From Spirochaetia bacterium (GTDB lineage Bacteria; Bacillota; Desulfotomaculia; Desulfotomaculales; JAJYZD01), in assembly GCA_035530395.1 (NCBI GenBank), contig DATKUX010000146.1:273-64272 (forward strand): 64,000 bases of DNA. Direction: 5' to 3'. Shown here piece after piece: positions 1-11,224 of the stretch. The notes beneath the pieces were generated by a model that saw nothing but the letters and a program-made list of their open reading frames with translations, was not told where the DNA came from and did no database searches. The position numbers and the translations under genes were made by a program. Each line of letters starts with the position of its first letter. Positions within the stretch are counted from its first letter, which is position 1.

Positions 1-510
1 CTGCCGTACGTCGTCTTCCGTGAGGAGAAGCCCCCCCGCCAGGATGGGGATGTGCAGGCTTTCCCGCAGGTCGGTGACCACATAGGCGGGAACGGTGGCC
101 GGCAGTATTTCCACCGCGTCCGGCTTCACCGAAAGGGCCGTGCGAATGGAAGTTTTGAGGGCTTCCGAGTCCAGCATAAAAATTCTCTGCACGGTGACCA
201 GCTTTTCTTTCTGGCCCAGCCTCACCAGTTCCGGCCTGGTGGAGATCACCCCGTCCACACCCAGGCGGGCCAGGAAATTGATGCCGGCGTGATCGCGTCC
301 CACGCCTTCCATCAGATCAAGATGTACCAGGCTGTATCTGCCTGCTCCTTTGACTTTCCTGATCAGCGATGGTAAGGTGGCGATATTGCCATTCAAAAAG
401 AAGAACATTTTTATATGCTCATTCTTAAGCGCTTCGGCCAGGTCATCGTCCCTTCGGATAGCCGCTCCTATCTTCCAACAGGAAAACATCGGGTTGCCCA
501 CCGGATTCAT
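1..510 (-). CDS. glpP: Glycerol-3-phosphate-responsive antiterminator GlpP (3' end runs off the window)
   Basis: Not in the ORF track because it is open to the window edge. Minus-strand translation from ATG 510 gives MNPVGNPMFSCWKIGAAIRRDDDL...VTVQRIFMLDSEAL...KPDAVEILPA...LHIPILAGGLLLTEDDVRQ. These blocks match the G3P_antiterm/GlpP family (QRxFxxDS, PDxxEILP, IPILAGG). An in-frame TTG at 531 is an alternative start. Confidence 0.8.
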   Translation of the reverse strand, partial: MNPVGNPMFSCWKIGAAIRRDDDLAEALKNEHIKMFFFLNGNIATLPSLIRKVKGAGRYSLVHLDLMEGVGRDHAGINFLARLGVDGVISTRPELVRLGQKEKLVTVQRIFMLDSEALKTSIRTALSVKPDAVEILPATVPAYVVTDLRESLHIPILAGGLLLTEDDVRQ

Positions 511-535
511 CTCCTTCAGCCGGATAACCAACTAG

Positions 536-1543
536 CTAGCCATTAGATATATAGGCCAATAAATCCACTATGCGGTTCGAGTATCCCCACTCGTTGTCAT
601 ACCACGCGACCAACTTTACCATGTTGTCCACCACCATGGTGGAAAGGCCGTCAACTATGCATGAATGGGGATTACCGTTAAAGTCCCTGGAGACCAGGGG
701 AAGCGGACAATATTCCATAATACGGGACAGCGGCCCCCGCGCTGCATCTTCCAGCGCCCGGTTCACCTCCCTCGCCGTGCAGGGCTTCGCCAGTACGGCA
801 ACCAAGTCGACGACCGAAACGTTGGCGGTCGGCACCCGCATGGCCAGACCGGTCAGTCTTCCCCGCAGGGAGGGAAGTACGCGGCCCACCGCCTGGGCCG
901 CTCCCGTGGTGGTGGGAATGATGGACATGGCGGCCGCCCGCGCCCTCCTCAGGTCCTCGTGGGGCAGGTCCAAAATACGCTGGTCGTTGGTGTAGGAGTG
1001 GACGGTGGTCATCATACCCCGGGCAATACCGAATTGGTCGTCGATCACCTTGGCCAGGGGAGCCAGACAGTTGGTGGTGCACGAAGCATTGGAGATGATC
1101 CGGTGGCTCTGCGGGTTGTAGTCGTCTTCGTTCACCCCCATAACGATGGTGATGTCCTCGCCTTTGGCCGGGGCGCTGATGACCACCCTGCCCGCCCCAG
1201 CCTCCAGATGTCGGGCCGCCCCGTCGCGGGAGGTGAAACGCCCGGTTGATTCCACCACCACGTCCACCCCCAGGCGGGCCCAGGGGAGCCGGGAAGGCTC
1301 GCGCTCCGCAAGGACGGCAATTGACCGCCCCCCCACGAGCATCCCGCTCTCCGAGGCTTCCACGTCGGGGGGGAAGATACCGTGCACGGAATCGTATTTT
1401 AAAAGGTGGGCCAGTGTCTGCGATGCATCAAGGTCGTTTACGGCCACCACTTCGATCTCCGGTCTGTCGAAAGCCGCCCGCAGTACCAGGCGGCCGATAC
1501 GGCCAAAGCCGTTTATACCTATCCTCAGCGTCAAGTCAACCAT
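536..1543 (-). CDS. gap: Type I glyceraldehyde-3-phosphate dehydrogenase
   Basis: 335 aa. NAD-binding INGFGRIGR and the catalytic SNASCTTNCLAP motif are present. Confidence 0.95.
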   Translation of the reverse strand: MVDLTLRIGINGFGRIGRLVLRAAFDRPEIEVVAVNDLDASQTLAHLLKYDSVHGIFPPDVEASESGMLVGGRSIAVLAEREPSRLPWARLGVDVVVESTGRFTSRDGAARHLEAGAGRVVISAPAKGEDITIVMGVNEDDYNPQSHRIISNASCTTNCLAPLAKVIDDQFGIARGMMTTVHSYTNDQRILDLPHEDLRRARAAAMSIIPTTTGAAQAVGRVLPSLRGRLTGLAMRVPTANVSVVDLVAVLAKPCTAREVNRALEDAARGPLSRIMEYCPLPLVSRDFNGNPHSCIVDGLSTMVVDNMVKLVAWYDNEWGYSNRIVDLLAYISNG

Positions 1544-1591
1544 CCTTTCACCCGAAAGTGTAACTGATAAGCATCCCGGTGTGCTTAACAG

Positions 1592-2785
1592 TCATACGGT
1601 ACCTCGAACGAGCAATTCCGCCAGCACGCAGGCCGGATGTTCCACCGTCAGGCCGGTTGCGGCCATGATTTGAATCTTGCAGGTCCCGCATTCCGTCAAC
1701 ACTTTATCCGGTCTGACCTCCTGTACCCTGTCAAAGAGTTTCCGGCCGACGGCCGTGGCCGTGGCATAGTTTTCGGCTTTGAAACCGTAAGAACCGGACA
1801 GGCCGCAGCAGCCTCCGTCCAAGTCCACCATCTCCAGGCCCGCAAGGCCGGAAAAGAGAGCCAGGGCGGCCGACCGGGTGCCGGTGGCACGCAGGTGACA
1901 GGGAGCGTGATAGGCAAAGCGGCCATGTATTGCCGGCAGACTGCCGGAATCCACTCCGGCGTCCCGCCCGATAAATTCAAAGAGGTCCCAGACATGCGCC
2001 GCCACGACGCCGGCCTCTTCCAGGCCAAAGAGTTCCGCATACTCCTTCCTCAGCATCAAGCCACAACTCGGACAGGTGGTAACGATATCCAGGCCCTTTT
2101 CGACCAGGGGGCCCAGGAGCGACAGGTTTTCCACCGCCTTTTCGCGGGCGGCCGCGAGAAAACCGTTGGTTACCTGCGGTAGGCCGCAGCAGTGGACATC
2201 GGGAAGCTCGACACGGTAGCCCAGGTGGTTCAGGATGCGGACCGCGGCGACTCCGATCCGGGGCTCGAAAAAGTGGGCATAGCAGCCGGGAAAGTACACC
2301 ACCCGCTTTTGCCCGGGCCTCTGCCGGGCCTTTCTAAAACTCGCCGGGCCTTGGCCATCGCCCCGGAAAAAGGCCACGGTCGGCGAAAGACCGAATAATC
2401 TCTGTCCGATCCGTGCCGGAAAACCATCCCCGGTAAAGTATCCGGCCATTTTATTAAGCGGGAAAGTGTTGATAAGTTTCCCCGTCAGTTCCACATTGGC
2501 GAGAAAAAAGTCCCGCAGACGAAAAGACCGGTTTTCCAAATAGGAGCCGCGCGCCAGGTTTATCATGCGGGAAATCCCCACGCCAAAGGGACAGGCCAGG
2601 TCGCAGTTTTTGCAGTTTGAGCACAGCTTCAGGGAAGCCGGATAATCTTCAGAACCCGTTCTTTTTATCCTTGCCAGGTCGGGACCCAGCCTCTTAGGCC
2701 CGTCGAACAAGACGTTCACAGCACCGACCGGGCATTGGGAAAGGCAAGTCGTACATTTAACACACTGGTCCAGGTCAATGGACAT
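1592..2785 (-). CDS. glpC: Anaerobic glycerol-3-phosphate dehydrogenase subunit C (Fe-S / CCG-domain protein)
   Basis: Two ferredoxin-type clusters (CVKCTTCLSQCP, CSNCKNCDLACP) plus Cys-rich CCG repeats. It lies immediately downstream of glpA/glpB. Confidence 0.8.
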   Translation of the reverse strand: MSIDLDQCVKCTTCLSQCPVGAVNVLFDGPKRLGPDLARIKRTGSEDYPASLKLCSNCKNCDLACPFGVGISRMINLARGSYLENRSFRLRDFFLANVELTGKLINTFPLNKMAGYFTGDGFPARIGQRLFGLSPTVAFFRGDGQGPASFRKARQRPGQKRVVYFPGCYAHFFEPRIGVAAVRILNHLGYRVELPDVHCCGLPQVTNGFLAAAREKAVENLSLLGPLVEKGLDIVTTCPSCGLMLRKEYAELFGLEEAGVVAAHVWDLFEFIGRDAGVDSGSLPAIHGRFAYHAPCHLRATGTRSAALALFSGLAGLEMVDLDGGCCGLSGSYGFKAENYATATAVGRKLFDRVQEVRPDKVLTECGTCKIQIMAATGLTVEHPACVLAELLVRGTV

Positions 2786-2798
2786 GCTTTTCGCCCCT

Positions 2799-4049
2799 CT
2801 AGGCTAAATTGCCGGCTTTGTAGCCGCTGGCGACAGCTATACCGGTGCCTGACTTCTCGACCGAAAAATCGTAGCCGGCAAGCTTGGAGCCGGTAATGAA
2901 AACATTTTTGCAGATTACCTCGCCGGACGGGCCGGTCGGGTTGAGGTTGTCATCCACTTCTATGCCGACCCGCATAAAGTCCTTGCCCTTTCCATCCAGA
3001 AAAGGACCGTCCACCCCTTCGATACCTTCCCGCGGCAAAGTTACCGGAAGACCCATGACCGGCTCCACGGGTTGCCCTCCCTGCCAGGAGTAGCCCGAAC
3101 TCACGAAGGAACCGGTGGCCAGGACGAAGGAGGAGGCAGCAAACTTGTGTTCCCGGCCCGAAATGCAGGCCGTAACCCCTGCACAACCGTTATTGGAAAA
3201 CCAAGCGCCGTTAACCCTTACATTGGCGGTAACAGTCACGCCCCGGGACATGACCCAGCGGCGCAGCGCAGCATATATTCTCAGCCCCGGCACCGAAGGG
3301 GGCAGGGTAGAGACCTCCATGAGCGGAACCCCGAGAGATTCTTTGACGGAAGAGAGCACTTTGGCGGCTGCTTCCAAGCCGAAAACGGCCGGAACCAGGA
3401 TCAGCGACCTACCGTCCGCCGCGTCCGCCACCCGGTTGAGAAAGACCTCCCGGCACTCGTCCCTCTCCAGGTACCCGGCCAGGGTAAACGAGTCCACATG
3501 CCGCGGGAGGCCCAAAGAAACGGTAAGGGTGCGGACGTCGCGAGCCGGGCGAGACCCGGCAATCCCTTGGGCTACCGCAAGCGGAAAGAAGTCCTTGTAT
3601 TCCGCCAGTCCTACCACCAGCACCTTGTCCGCGGCATCCCATCCGGGGACGTACTGGCTTTCGGGGGCCATGAACGCAGGCCTCGCCATCCCCAGCGGTG
3701 TGGGAACCATTATGTTGCGTCCAGCCGCGGGGTTGTAAACCAGTCCTTGCGACCCGCAGACGGTCCGGAAAAACTCCATGCTCTCCTTCAGAACGTCGAG
3801 CAACCTGCCCCAGGGGTGGTCTGGCTGACTCCGGAGGTACTCCCCGATTCCTTGAACGGGATCCAGGACCATCGGGCTTTTTTCCAGCGGAGCCCAACCC
3901 CAGACGTCAATGTGGCCGGGCAGGAAGGGAAATGAGCCGAGTCCGTCCGTGAGAAGAAGCACCCTTTTCCCCCGTTCGGCAGCTCTGGCGGCGGCCACGT
4001 AACCGGACAACCCCCCGCCGATCACGACCACATCATATTCAGCCTTCAT
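2799..4049 (-). CDS. glpB: Anaerobic glycerol-3-phosphate dehydrogenase subunit B
   Basis: FAD fold MKAEYDVVVIGGGLSGYVAA. ATG 4049 has GGAG 9 nt upstream and overlaps the glpA stop by 11 nt. The ORF-track extension to 4340 overlaps glpA and was discarded. Confidence 0.75.
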   Translation of the reverse strand: MKAEYDVVVIGGGLSGYVAAARAAERGKRVLLLTDGLGSFPFLPGHIDVWGWAPLEKSPMVLDPVQGIGEYLRSQPDHPWGRLLDVLKESMEFFRTVCGSQGLVYNPAAGRNIMVPTPLGMARPAFMAPESQYVPGWDAADKVLVVGLAEYKDFFPLAVAQGIAGSRPARDVRTLTVSLGLPRHVDSFTLAGYLERDECREVFLNRVADAADGRSLILVPAVFGLEAAAKVLSSVKESLGVPLMEVSTLPPSVPGLRIYAALRRWVMSRGVTVTANVRVNGAWFSNNGCAGVTACISGREHKFAASSFVLATGSFVSSGYSWQGGQPVEPVMGLPVTLPREGIEGVDGPFLDGKGKDFMRVGIEVDDNLNPTGPSGEVICKNVFITGSKLAGYDFSVEKSGTGIAVASGYKAGNLA

Positions 4050-5700
4050 TATTGAACGCTCCATATTGAATTCGCTCCAGGCAAAGTAGTGACGAATAGA
4101 CCCCCAGGGCCAGTTCAGCCTCGGCCAGTTGTTGACCGTGTAAAACAGCCTGCTGGCCGCGCCACCTCTTCTCCAGGAACTCGGCCAGAAAGGGTCCGAA
4201 TTTGTCAGGCCCGAGGAAACCCTCTTCAACCAGAAGCCCCGTGGTTCTAACACCACAGAAAACACCCTGGCAGGTGCCGGTCCCCATCCTGGTTCGCCGG
4301 CGAACTTCACCCAGGCTTTGCAGAGGAAGGTGGCGGGCACTCGCCATTACTTCGGCCATGCTTACCCCTTCGCACTCGCAAAGGATGTCTTTGCTAAGCG
4401 GGTTTCTGGCCAGTTCCGCTTTCACCTCGTCCAGGTTTGAGGCTGAACGGGTAACCGTTAATTCTCCGAAACCGGAAACAAATGTTTTCCTAACTCTCTC
4501 CGTTGCCATCTTGTCCGGCTCAACCAGTTTTTCCCGGGAGGTTGAACCAGGAACGTAACAACCTATTTTTTTAGTTACCAGGTCGGCTGTCTTTTCGCTC
4601 ATCAGACGATAGATGGTGAACTTCCCACCGGTAATGGTGACAAAGCCCTCCAGTCCATCTTCCCGGCCGTGATCTATCAATACGAAGTTGCGGGTGGCGG
4701 CCCGCCCTTTGGCGCCGGACGTCCCCGGCGAATAGAGGGGGCGCACTCCGGCATAGGCCCTCAAGGGCCGGTAATCCCCCAGATCCCGTACCATTTCCCC
4801 GCCCAGAGTCATCAGACGGTCCAGTTCCTCGCGGGACGGCCGGTAGTCGTCCGGCTTTACCACATCGACTGAAGTCGTGCCCAGGATCATGGTGGTGTTG
4901 TGCGGAACGAAGATATCGGCGTCACTCGGCGGCCTCAGTCTGTTGAGAACCTTGTTGGCAATCCTGTGGTTGAACACTATCATCGCCCCCCGGTTGGGCA
5001 GCATGGTGAGGTCAACCCCGGCCAGGTTGGCGATGCTTCCGGCAAAGGCACCGCCCGCATTGACGACGATCTCGCATTCCATCCGGGAACGCTCCCCGGT
5101 GAGAATATTTTCCACCTCCAACCCGGTAACCCGGGAACCCGTGCGGAAAATCTCCTTCACCGCGGTGTACGGGTACATCCCGGCCCCGTGACGGGTGGCC
5201 GACCGCGCATTGGAATAAACCAGGCGAAAGCCGTCAATGGCAGCGTCCGGCACTCTGAACGCCCTCTGGAGGGATTTCCTCAGGCACGGTTCCTCCCGCA
5301 GGACGGCATCCCGATCGGTCTCCACGGCCTCTATACCGGCCGCCTGGCACGCTTCGACCCATTTTTGCACATATCGGTCATCGTCCCCCTCCATCTGGAG
5401 GAAGTAGCCGCCGCAATCCTCCACACAGTGCCAGGCAACCTTTTTCAGAATGAGGTTTTCCGTAATGCATTCCCGGGCTGCGTCAAGATCGTTTACGGCA
5501 TAGCGGCCGCCGCTGTGCAGGAGTCCGTGAAAACGGGCGCTGGTTCCGCTGCACAGGTCCCCTTTGTCCACGAGGGCGACCTTTACCCCCCGCAGGGCGA
5601 GATCCCTCAGGACCCCGCTGCCGGTCGCCCCCCCGCCGATGACAACCACCTGGTATTTAAGCATTGCTCTGTGCCAATCTCCTTGATCGTTGTATTGCAT
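4039..5700 (-). CDS. glpA: Anaerobic glycerol-3-phosphate dehydrogenase subunit A
   Basis: FAD motif VVVIGGGATGSG and a C-terminal BFD-like Cys cluster (CECEGVS...GTCQGVFC). Alternative start at ATG 5664 (MLKYQVVVIGGG). Confidence 0.85.
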   Translation of the reverse strand: MQYNDQGDWHRAMLKYQVVVIGGGATGSGVLRDLALRGVKVALVDKGDLCSGTSARFHGLLHSGGRYAVNDLDAARECITENLILKKVAWHCVEDCGGYFLQMEGDDDRYVQKWVEACQAAGIEAVETDRDAVLREEPCLRKSLQRAFRVPDAAIDGFRLVYSNARSATRHGAGMYPYTAVKEIFRTGSRVTGLEVENILTGERSRMECEIVVNAGGAFAGSIANLAGVDLTMLPNRGAMIVFNHRIANKVLNRLRPPSDADIFVPHNTTMILGTTSVDVVKPDDYRPSREELDRLMTLGGEMVRDLGDYRPLRAYAGVRPLYSPGTSGAKGRAATRNFVLIDHGREDGLEGFVTITGGKFTIYRLMSEKTADLVTKKIGCYVPGSTSREKLVEPDKMATERVRKTFVSGFGELTVTRSASNLDEVKAELARNPLSKDILCECEGVSMAEVMASARHLPLQSLGEVRRRTRMGTGTCQGVFCGVRTTGLLVEEGFLGPDKFGPFLAEFLEKRWRGQQAVLHGQQLAEAELALGVYSSLLCLERIQYGAFNNEG

Positions 5701-5729
5701 CCTCCGCTTGTTCCCGGGACCCTCGTACC

Positions 5730-7433
5730 CTAGCCTCCCTCTCGCACCACTTCGCGAACAATGTCATAGTTGGCGTCGGTCGCGGCTATGAACCCGTCGA
5801 TGGGCGAGTCAGCCATAGCACGCCGACCTTCTTCAAGTTGGGAAAGTTTCAGGAGGTTTCTTTTCAATTTATCTACCAGTCCCGGATTCAGGCCGGGCCG
5901 GCCCGCCAGGCAGTCCTTGGGGATTGGCTCCGTCTCGGCCAGGTAGACTAGGTCCGCCACCCTCAGTCCCCGCGCGGCGGCGTCGTCGATCGCTTCCGAA
6001 TAGGTGGCGCCCGCGGCCACCGTGCCGGCCAGCACCGCGTCGATGACCCGGCTGTGCGTTCCCAGGAAGACCGTTTCCCCCAGGTCCCGGTCGGGATCGA
6101 CCCCGGCCCGGCGCAACAAAATGCGGGGGTAGGCGTAACCGGAAGCCGACTTGGGATCCACGAAGGCCATTCGTTTGCCCTTGAGTGCGGCCAGGGAAGC
6201 CGCACCGGAGGCGCGTGTGACGATGTATCCCTTGTAGGAAGGCGACCCGTTGACGACCGGGGTAGCCAGAGGTATGACCCCGCCCCGCTCGCTGGCATTG
6301 ACGTAGGCCAGGGGCGAAAACCAACCCACGTCCACCACTCCGTCGATCAGGCTGTCGGCCAGGGCGTTGTAGTCCGCCGTTATTAGGACCGCCGGGCGGT
6401 AGCCCGTCACGGCGCAAAGCGCGGATATGACCGGAAGATACATTTTCCTTATGTTTTCCGGGCTCAGGGCCGGGTTTATACCAAATACGAGCTCTTTGGC
6501 ACCCCTGAAGGCCGCCGCCTGCTTCTGCAGGGAATAGACATTCTCCGAAAGGACGCCGGACAGGCTGGCCAAATAGGCATGAACCCTCTCCTGATTTCTT
6601 ACCAAACCGGTGATTTCCTGCATGCCCCCGTTGAGGTTGGAAAAAACATCCGCCAGATATTCCGTCGTTCCGGCCTGCTGGGCCATGGATCCGGAAAGTT
6701 CCTGGTTCAGTCCCGTGATTTCCTGGAATGCGGTGACGATATTGGCAAGAGCGCTTTTCACTTCGCCTGCGGTGCCTTGCACCGAGCCCAGCTCCCTGGC
6801 GCTCTTCTCCGCCTGGGACGCCACTTTGTTGATACCGGTGGTGATTTCCTCCGCCGTTTTGGCGATCATTTGGGAGGAATGCACGCTCCGGTCGGCCAGT
6901 TTGCGGACCTCCTGGGCCACCACCGAAAACCCCCGCCCGGCCAGTCCGGCCCGGGCCGACTCGATGGCTGCATTCAGGGCCAGGAGGTTGGTCTGGTTCG
7001 CGATGTCGACCACTTCGGCGACAAACCCCGTAATCTCGTGCGACATCTCTTTGAGCCGGGCAGCCGACGTGGCGAATTCCATCACGTCGGCAGCGATGGA
7101 ATGCAGAACCTTCTTGGCCTCGTCCATCAAATCCTCACTGCGTCCGGCATCCTCGAGCCGCGCCGAGCACAACGCGCTCACGCTTCGCGCGCTCTCCTCC
7201 AGGGAGCGGGCCACCGCTGTCAGTTCCTCCAGGCCGGCCGAGCCTGACATCAGTTCCTCCGCGTTTTTTTCCGTGTTTTTCACCAGGCTGGCAGCCAGTC
7301 CGGCATTTTCCCGCACCGTCCAGTTTATCTGGTGAATGTCAAATCCCAGTTTTTCGGCCAGGGGTAAAAGTTCGGGCTCTCCCCCCCCGCCCTGGCGGCC
7401 AGCCTTGGCCGTCGCCGTCCTGAACGAAAGCAT
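5730..7433 (-). CDS. Soluble methyl-accepting chemotaxis signalling domain fused to a C-terminal PhnD-like (phosphonate/phosphate-ester ABC substrate-binding) domain
   Basis: The N-terminal half has the MCP hairpin core ([37 protein letters not shown]). The C-terminal half is PhnD-like ([12 protein letters not shown]...GWFSPLAYV...[16 protein letters not shown]). I saw no hydrophobic TM segment. Confidence 0.75.
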   Translation of the reverse strand: MLSFRTATAKAGRQGGGGEPELLPLAEKLGFDIHQINWTVRENAGLAASLVKNTEKNAEELMSGSAGLEELTAVARSLEESARSVSALCSARLEDAGRSEDLMDEAKKVLHSIAADVMEFATSAARLKEMSHEITGFVAEVVDIANQTNLLALNAAIESARAGLAGRGFSVVAQEVRKLADRSVHSSQMIAKTAEEITTGINKVASQAEKSARELGSVQGTAGEVKSALANIVTAFQEITGLNQELSGSMAQQAGTTEYLADVFSNLNGGMQEITGLVRNQERVHAYLASLSGVLSENVYSLQKQAAAFRGAKELVFGINPALSPENIRKMYLPVISALCAVTGYRPAVLITADYNALADSLIDGVVDVGWFSPLAYVNASERGGVIPLATPVVNGSPSYKGYIVTRASGAASLAALKGKRMAFVDPKSASGYAYPRILLRRAGVDPDRDLGETVFLGTHSRVIDAVLAGTVAAGATYSEAIDDAAARGLRVADLVYLAETEPIPKDCLAGRPGLNPGLVDKLKRNLLKLSQLEEGRRAMADSPIDGFIAATDANYDIVREVVREGG

Positions 7434-7603
7434 GTTACCGACCTCCTGGTCTTGCGGGATATTATAGTTATCAGATCGCGGAAGGAGCCGGCAACCCGGT
7501 TAAACGGAGCGAGGCAGCTGCATTTCAATCGGCCGGGGACACTTTGCGGATGATGCAGCTACCTCAACCGTACTTGGAAATCAGTCGTCGTCCGTCTATG
7601 CCT

Positions 7604-9172
<1,569 letters not shown>

Positions 9173-9329
9173 TTATAGACGGTTCTTTTCCACATGTCTC
9201 GTCTTTTTGAGCTAAGAGGTTGAACTTTCAAAAACCGCCGGCGGAGGTCAGACCTGTACCCTTATTACGATTGGGTCAACTTTCGTCCGTCGGCAAACCA
9301 ACCTGCTTCAGCCGGTGATCTTTTGGCGT

Positions 9330-10124
9330 TTAGGCTCCCTTACTGATGTTCTGCTCGATTTGCTGCGCGTTTTTTATCGCATTGGGCAGGAAAGGGGTAA
9401 CGCCGAAATCGTAGAATAAAGCGCCAAGAACGCCGCCAAGCAGTGGAGCGATGATTGGTGCGGTCCACCAGTAACTGCCCACAAAGGCGCCGGTGTCTCC
9501 CGCAAACAAAGCGGCGAAAAGACGCGGGCCCAAGTCACGGGCCGGGTTCATGGCGTAGCCGGAGGGACCGCCTAAAGACAAGCCGAGGGCCACGATGGCG
9601 ATACCGACCATGAAGGGCCACAGATTGGCGCCCGGGCCGTTATTGTTGACTGCATCCACAATTGCGGAAATGAAGATGAGGAGACAGAAGGTGGCCAATA
9701 CTTCGGTGAAAAAGGCTGTTCCTAACGAGATGCCCTGGCCGGCACCGGTGTAGAACACGTTCTTGTACCCCTGGGAGACAAAGCAGCCCTGGTAAGACAG
9801 ATAGACCAGGCCCGCGCCTACGAAGGCGCCCACTACCTGGGCGATCCAGTAGCCGATGGCCTTGCCGAAAGACATGTTTTTTCTCAGCACGTTGGCGAGG
9901 GTAACGGCCGGGTTGATGTGGGCACCGGTAACGCCGCCGGCCACATATACGGCCATGGCCACGGCAAATCCCCACCCCCAGGTGATGGTATCCCAGTTGT
10001 ACCCTCCAGCAGCCAGACGGGGGTGAAAGACTACGTTGGCCACCACCCCGTCGCCGAAGATGATCAGAAGGGCTGTGCCGATAAATTCGGCCCAGTACTC
10101 ACCAAACGCTGAAGACCTATTCAT
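9330..10124 (-). CDS. glpF: Glycerol uptake facilitator (MIP/aquaglyceroporin)
   Basis: 264 aa with two NPA boxes (HINPAVT, MNPARD). RBS AAAGGAG lies upstream of the ATG. Confidence 0.92.
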   Translation of the reverse strand: MNRSSAFGEYWAEFIGTALLIIFGDGVVANVVFHPRLAAGGYNWDTITWGWGFAVAMAVYVAGGVTGAHINPAVTLANVLRKNMSFGKAIGYWIAQVVGAFVGAGLVYLSYQGCFVSQGYKNVFYTGAGQGISLGTAFFTEVLATFCLLIFISAIVDAVNNNGPGANLWPFMVGIAIVALGLSLGGPSGYAMNPARDLGPRLFAALFAGDTGAFVGSYWWTAPIIAPLLGGVLGALFYDFGVTPFLPNAIKNAQQIEQNISKGA

Positions 10125-10370
10125 ATTTCACTTTCACTCCTTTGATTATGATCCTTTTACTTGTCATGCGCCATTGCCTTTCCTGGGAAATTGACCGGAT
10201 CGGTAACTTGCTTTTAGACTGCCGAAACCGCTGGCTGGTATCACCCCCCTTCCCCATATCGGCAACCGGTCCCGGCATCACTCCTTCCTCCATCATTTTC
10301 AGCATAAGGCCGGCACGCCTGCCCGACGTTTCAGCGAAATGCGTCCGCCCGCCAAGCAGGCTGGAAAATG

Positions 10371-10417
10371 AAAAAACCCGGCAATTGCTTCTCTTTTGGG
10401 AGAAGGCAATGACCGGG
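10371..10417 (-). terminator. Leader intrinsic terminator upstream of glpF
   Basis: Minus strand: CCCGGTCATTGCCTTCTC-CCAAAA-GAGAAGCAATTGCCGGG followed by TTTTTT. It sits about 245 nt upstream of the glpF start, inside the operon leader. Confidence 0.6.
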
Positions 10418-10640
10418 TTTTCAAATCTCTAAACCCTTTTATCAAGTTGTTGGGGACCTAGGACGAACCACATGGACTCTAACCCAGTTTTATGTTAGGC
10501 CACTCCGTCCCAGAAGGCAATAGCAATTATTCGACCAGCAGGAAACAGGGGACAAGCGGTATCTATTAGCAATTAAACGGCGGAGCCTGTCGCAGGGAAC
10601 CTTAAGGGGCGTCACTCCGCGGTTGACGCTCTTGCCCCCC
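10418..10640 (-). promoter_or_regulatory. glpFK leader RNA, candidate GlpP-dependent antitermination element
   Basis: It shares conserved blocks, in the same order and spacing, with the leader at 12157-12400. The main block is ACAACTTGATA-A-GGGTTTAGAGAT-TGAAAACC abutting the terminator. TTTCCTGCTGGT lies about 80 nt further 5'. Confidence 0.55.
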
Positions 10641-10661
10641 GGCTCCGACCACGATGCAGCC

Positions 10662-11186
10662 CTACCCGGCCATGGCGGCAATCAGGGACCGGCAAAAGTC
10701 CGGCAGGTCGTCGGGCTTGCGGGAGGTGATCAGGTTCCCGTCGCAAACCACCGGTTGGTCCACGTATGTTGCCCCGGCGTTTTGCACATCGTCTTTGATG
10801 GCCACGGTGCAGGTCACCGTCCTGCCCCGGAGCACCCCCGCCGAAATCAATACCCATGGGGCATGACAAATGGCACCGATAACTTTGCCGGAGGAAAAGG
10901 CGGCCCGCACGAATTCCAGGACGCTCTTGGAGCGGCGCAACTTGTCCGGAGCCCATCCGCCGGGGATAACCACACCGTCGTAGTCCACCACCCCGACTTG
11001 GTCCATGGTTTTGTCAGGGCGGCAGGAAAGCCCGTACTTCCCCCGGTATTCGACGGCACTGCCGGTGCCGACAATTTCAACCACGGCTCCGGCTTCCCGC
11101 AGCCGCAAGACCGGGTACCAAAGCTCCAGATCCTCAAAGCCTTCCTCCGCCAGCACCGCTACAGTCCTGCCCCTTAGCTCATCCAT
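10662..11186 (-). CDS. DJ-1/PfpI family protein (glutamine amidotransferase-like / deglycase)
   Basis: Nucleophile elbow AICHAPWVL. ATG 11186 has GGAGG with a 7-nt spacer. The ORF-track start at 11246 overlaps the upstream gene. Confidence 0.85.
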   Translation of the reverse strand: MDELRGRTVAVLAEEGFEDLELWYPVLRLREAGAVVEIVGTGSAVEYRGKYGLSCRPDKTMDQVGVVDYDGVVIPGGWAPDKLRRSKSVLEFVRAAFSSGKVIGAICHAPWVLISAGVLRGRTVTCTVAIKDDVQNAGATYVDQPVVCDGNLITSRKPDDLPDFCRSLIAAMAG

Positions 11187-11224
11187 GGACGCACCTCCGT
11201 GCCGAAAAGTCCCATTGGCTACTG

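Noticed and set aside
4050-4340. N-terminal extensions of glpB. Analogous extensions occur for PGI/PMI (to 30303), the debranching enzyme (to 32417), HAD (to 33855), ald, coaE, DJ-1 and ftsX.
   Set aside because: The extensions overlap the preceding genes. They encode low-complexity sequence, and internal starts with good RBSs coincide with the family N-termini.
10117-10305. 62-aa minus-strand ORF inside the glpF leader, between the terminator and glpF.
   Set aside because: It reads through the glpF RBS and start. It has no RBS of its own and has odd composition. More likely it is untranslated leader sequence.
10330-10350. Possible catabolite-responsive element (cre) near TGAAACGTCGGGCA in the glpF leader.
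   Set aside because: It does not fit the central CG-containing cre consensus (TGNAANCGNTNNCA) when aligned position by position.
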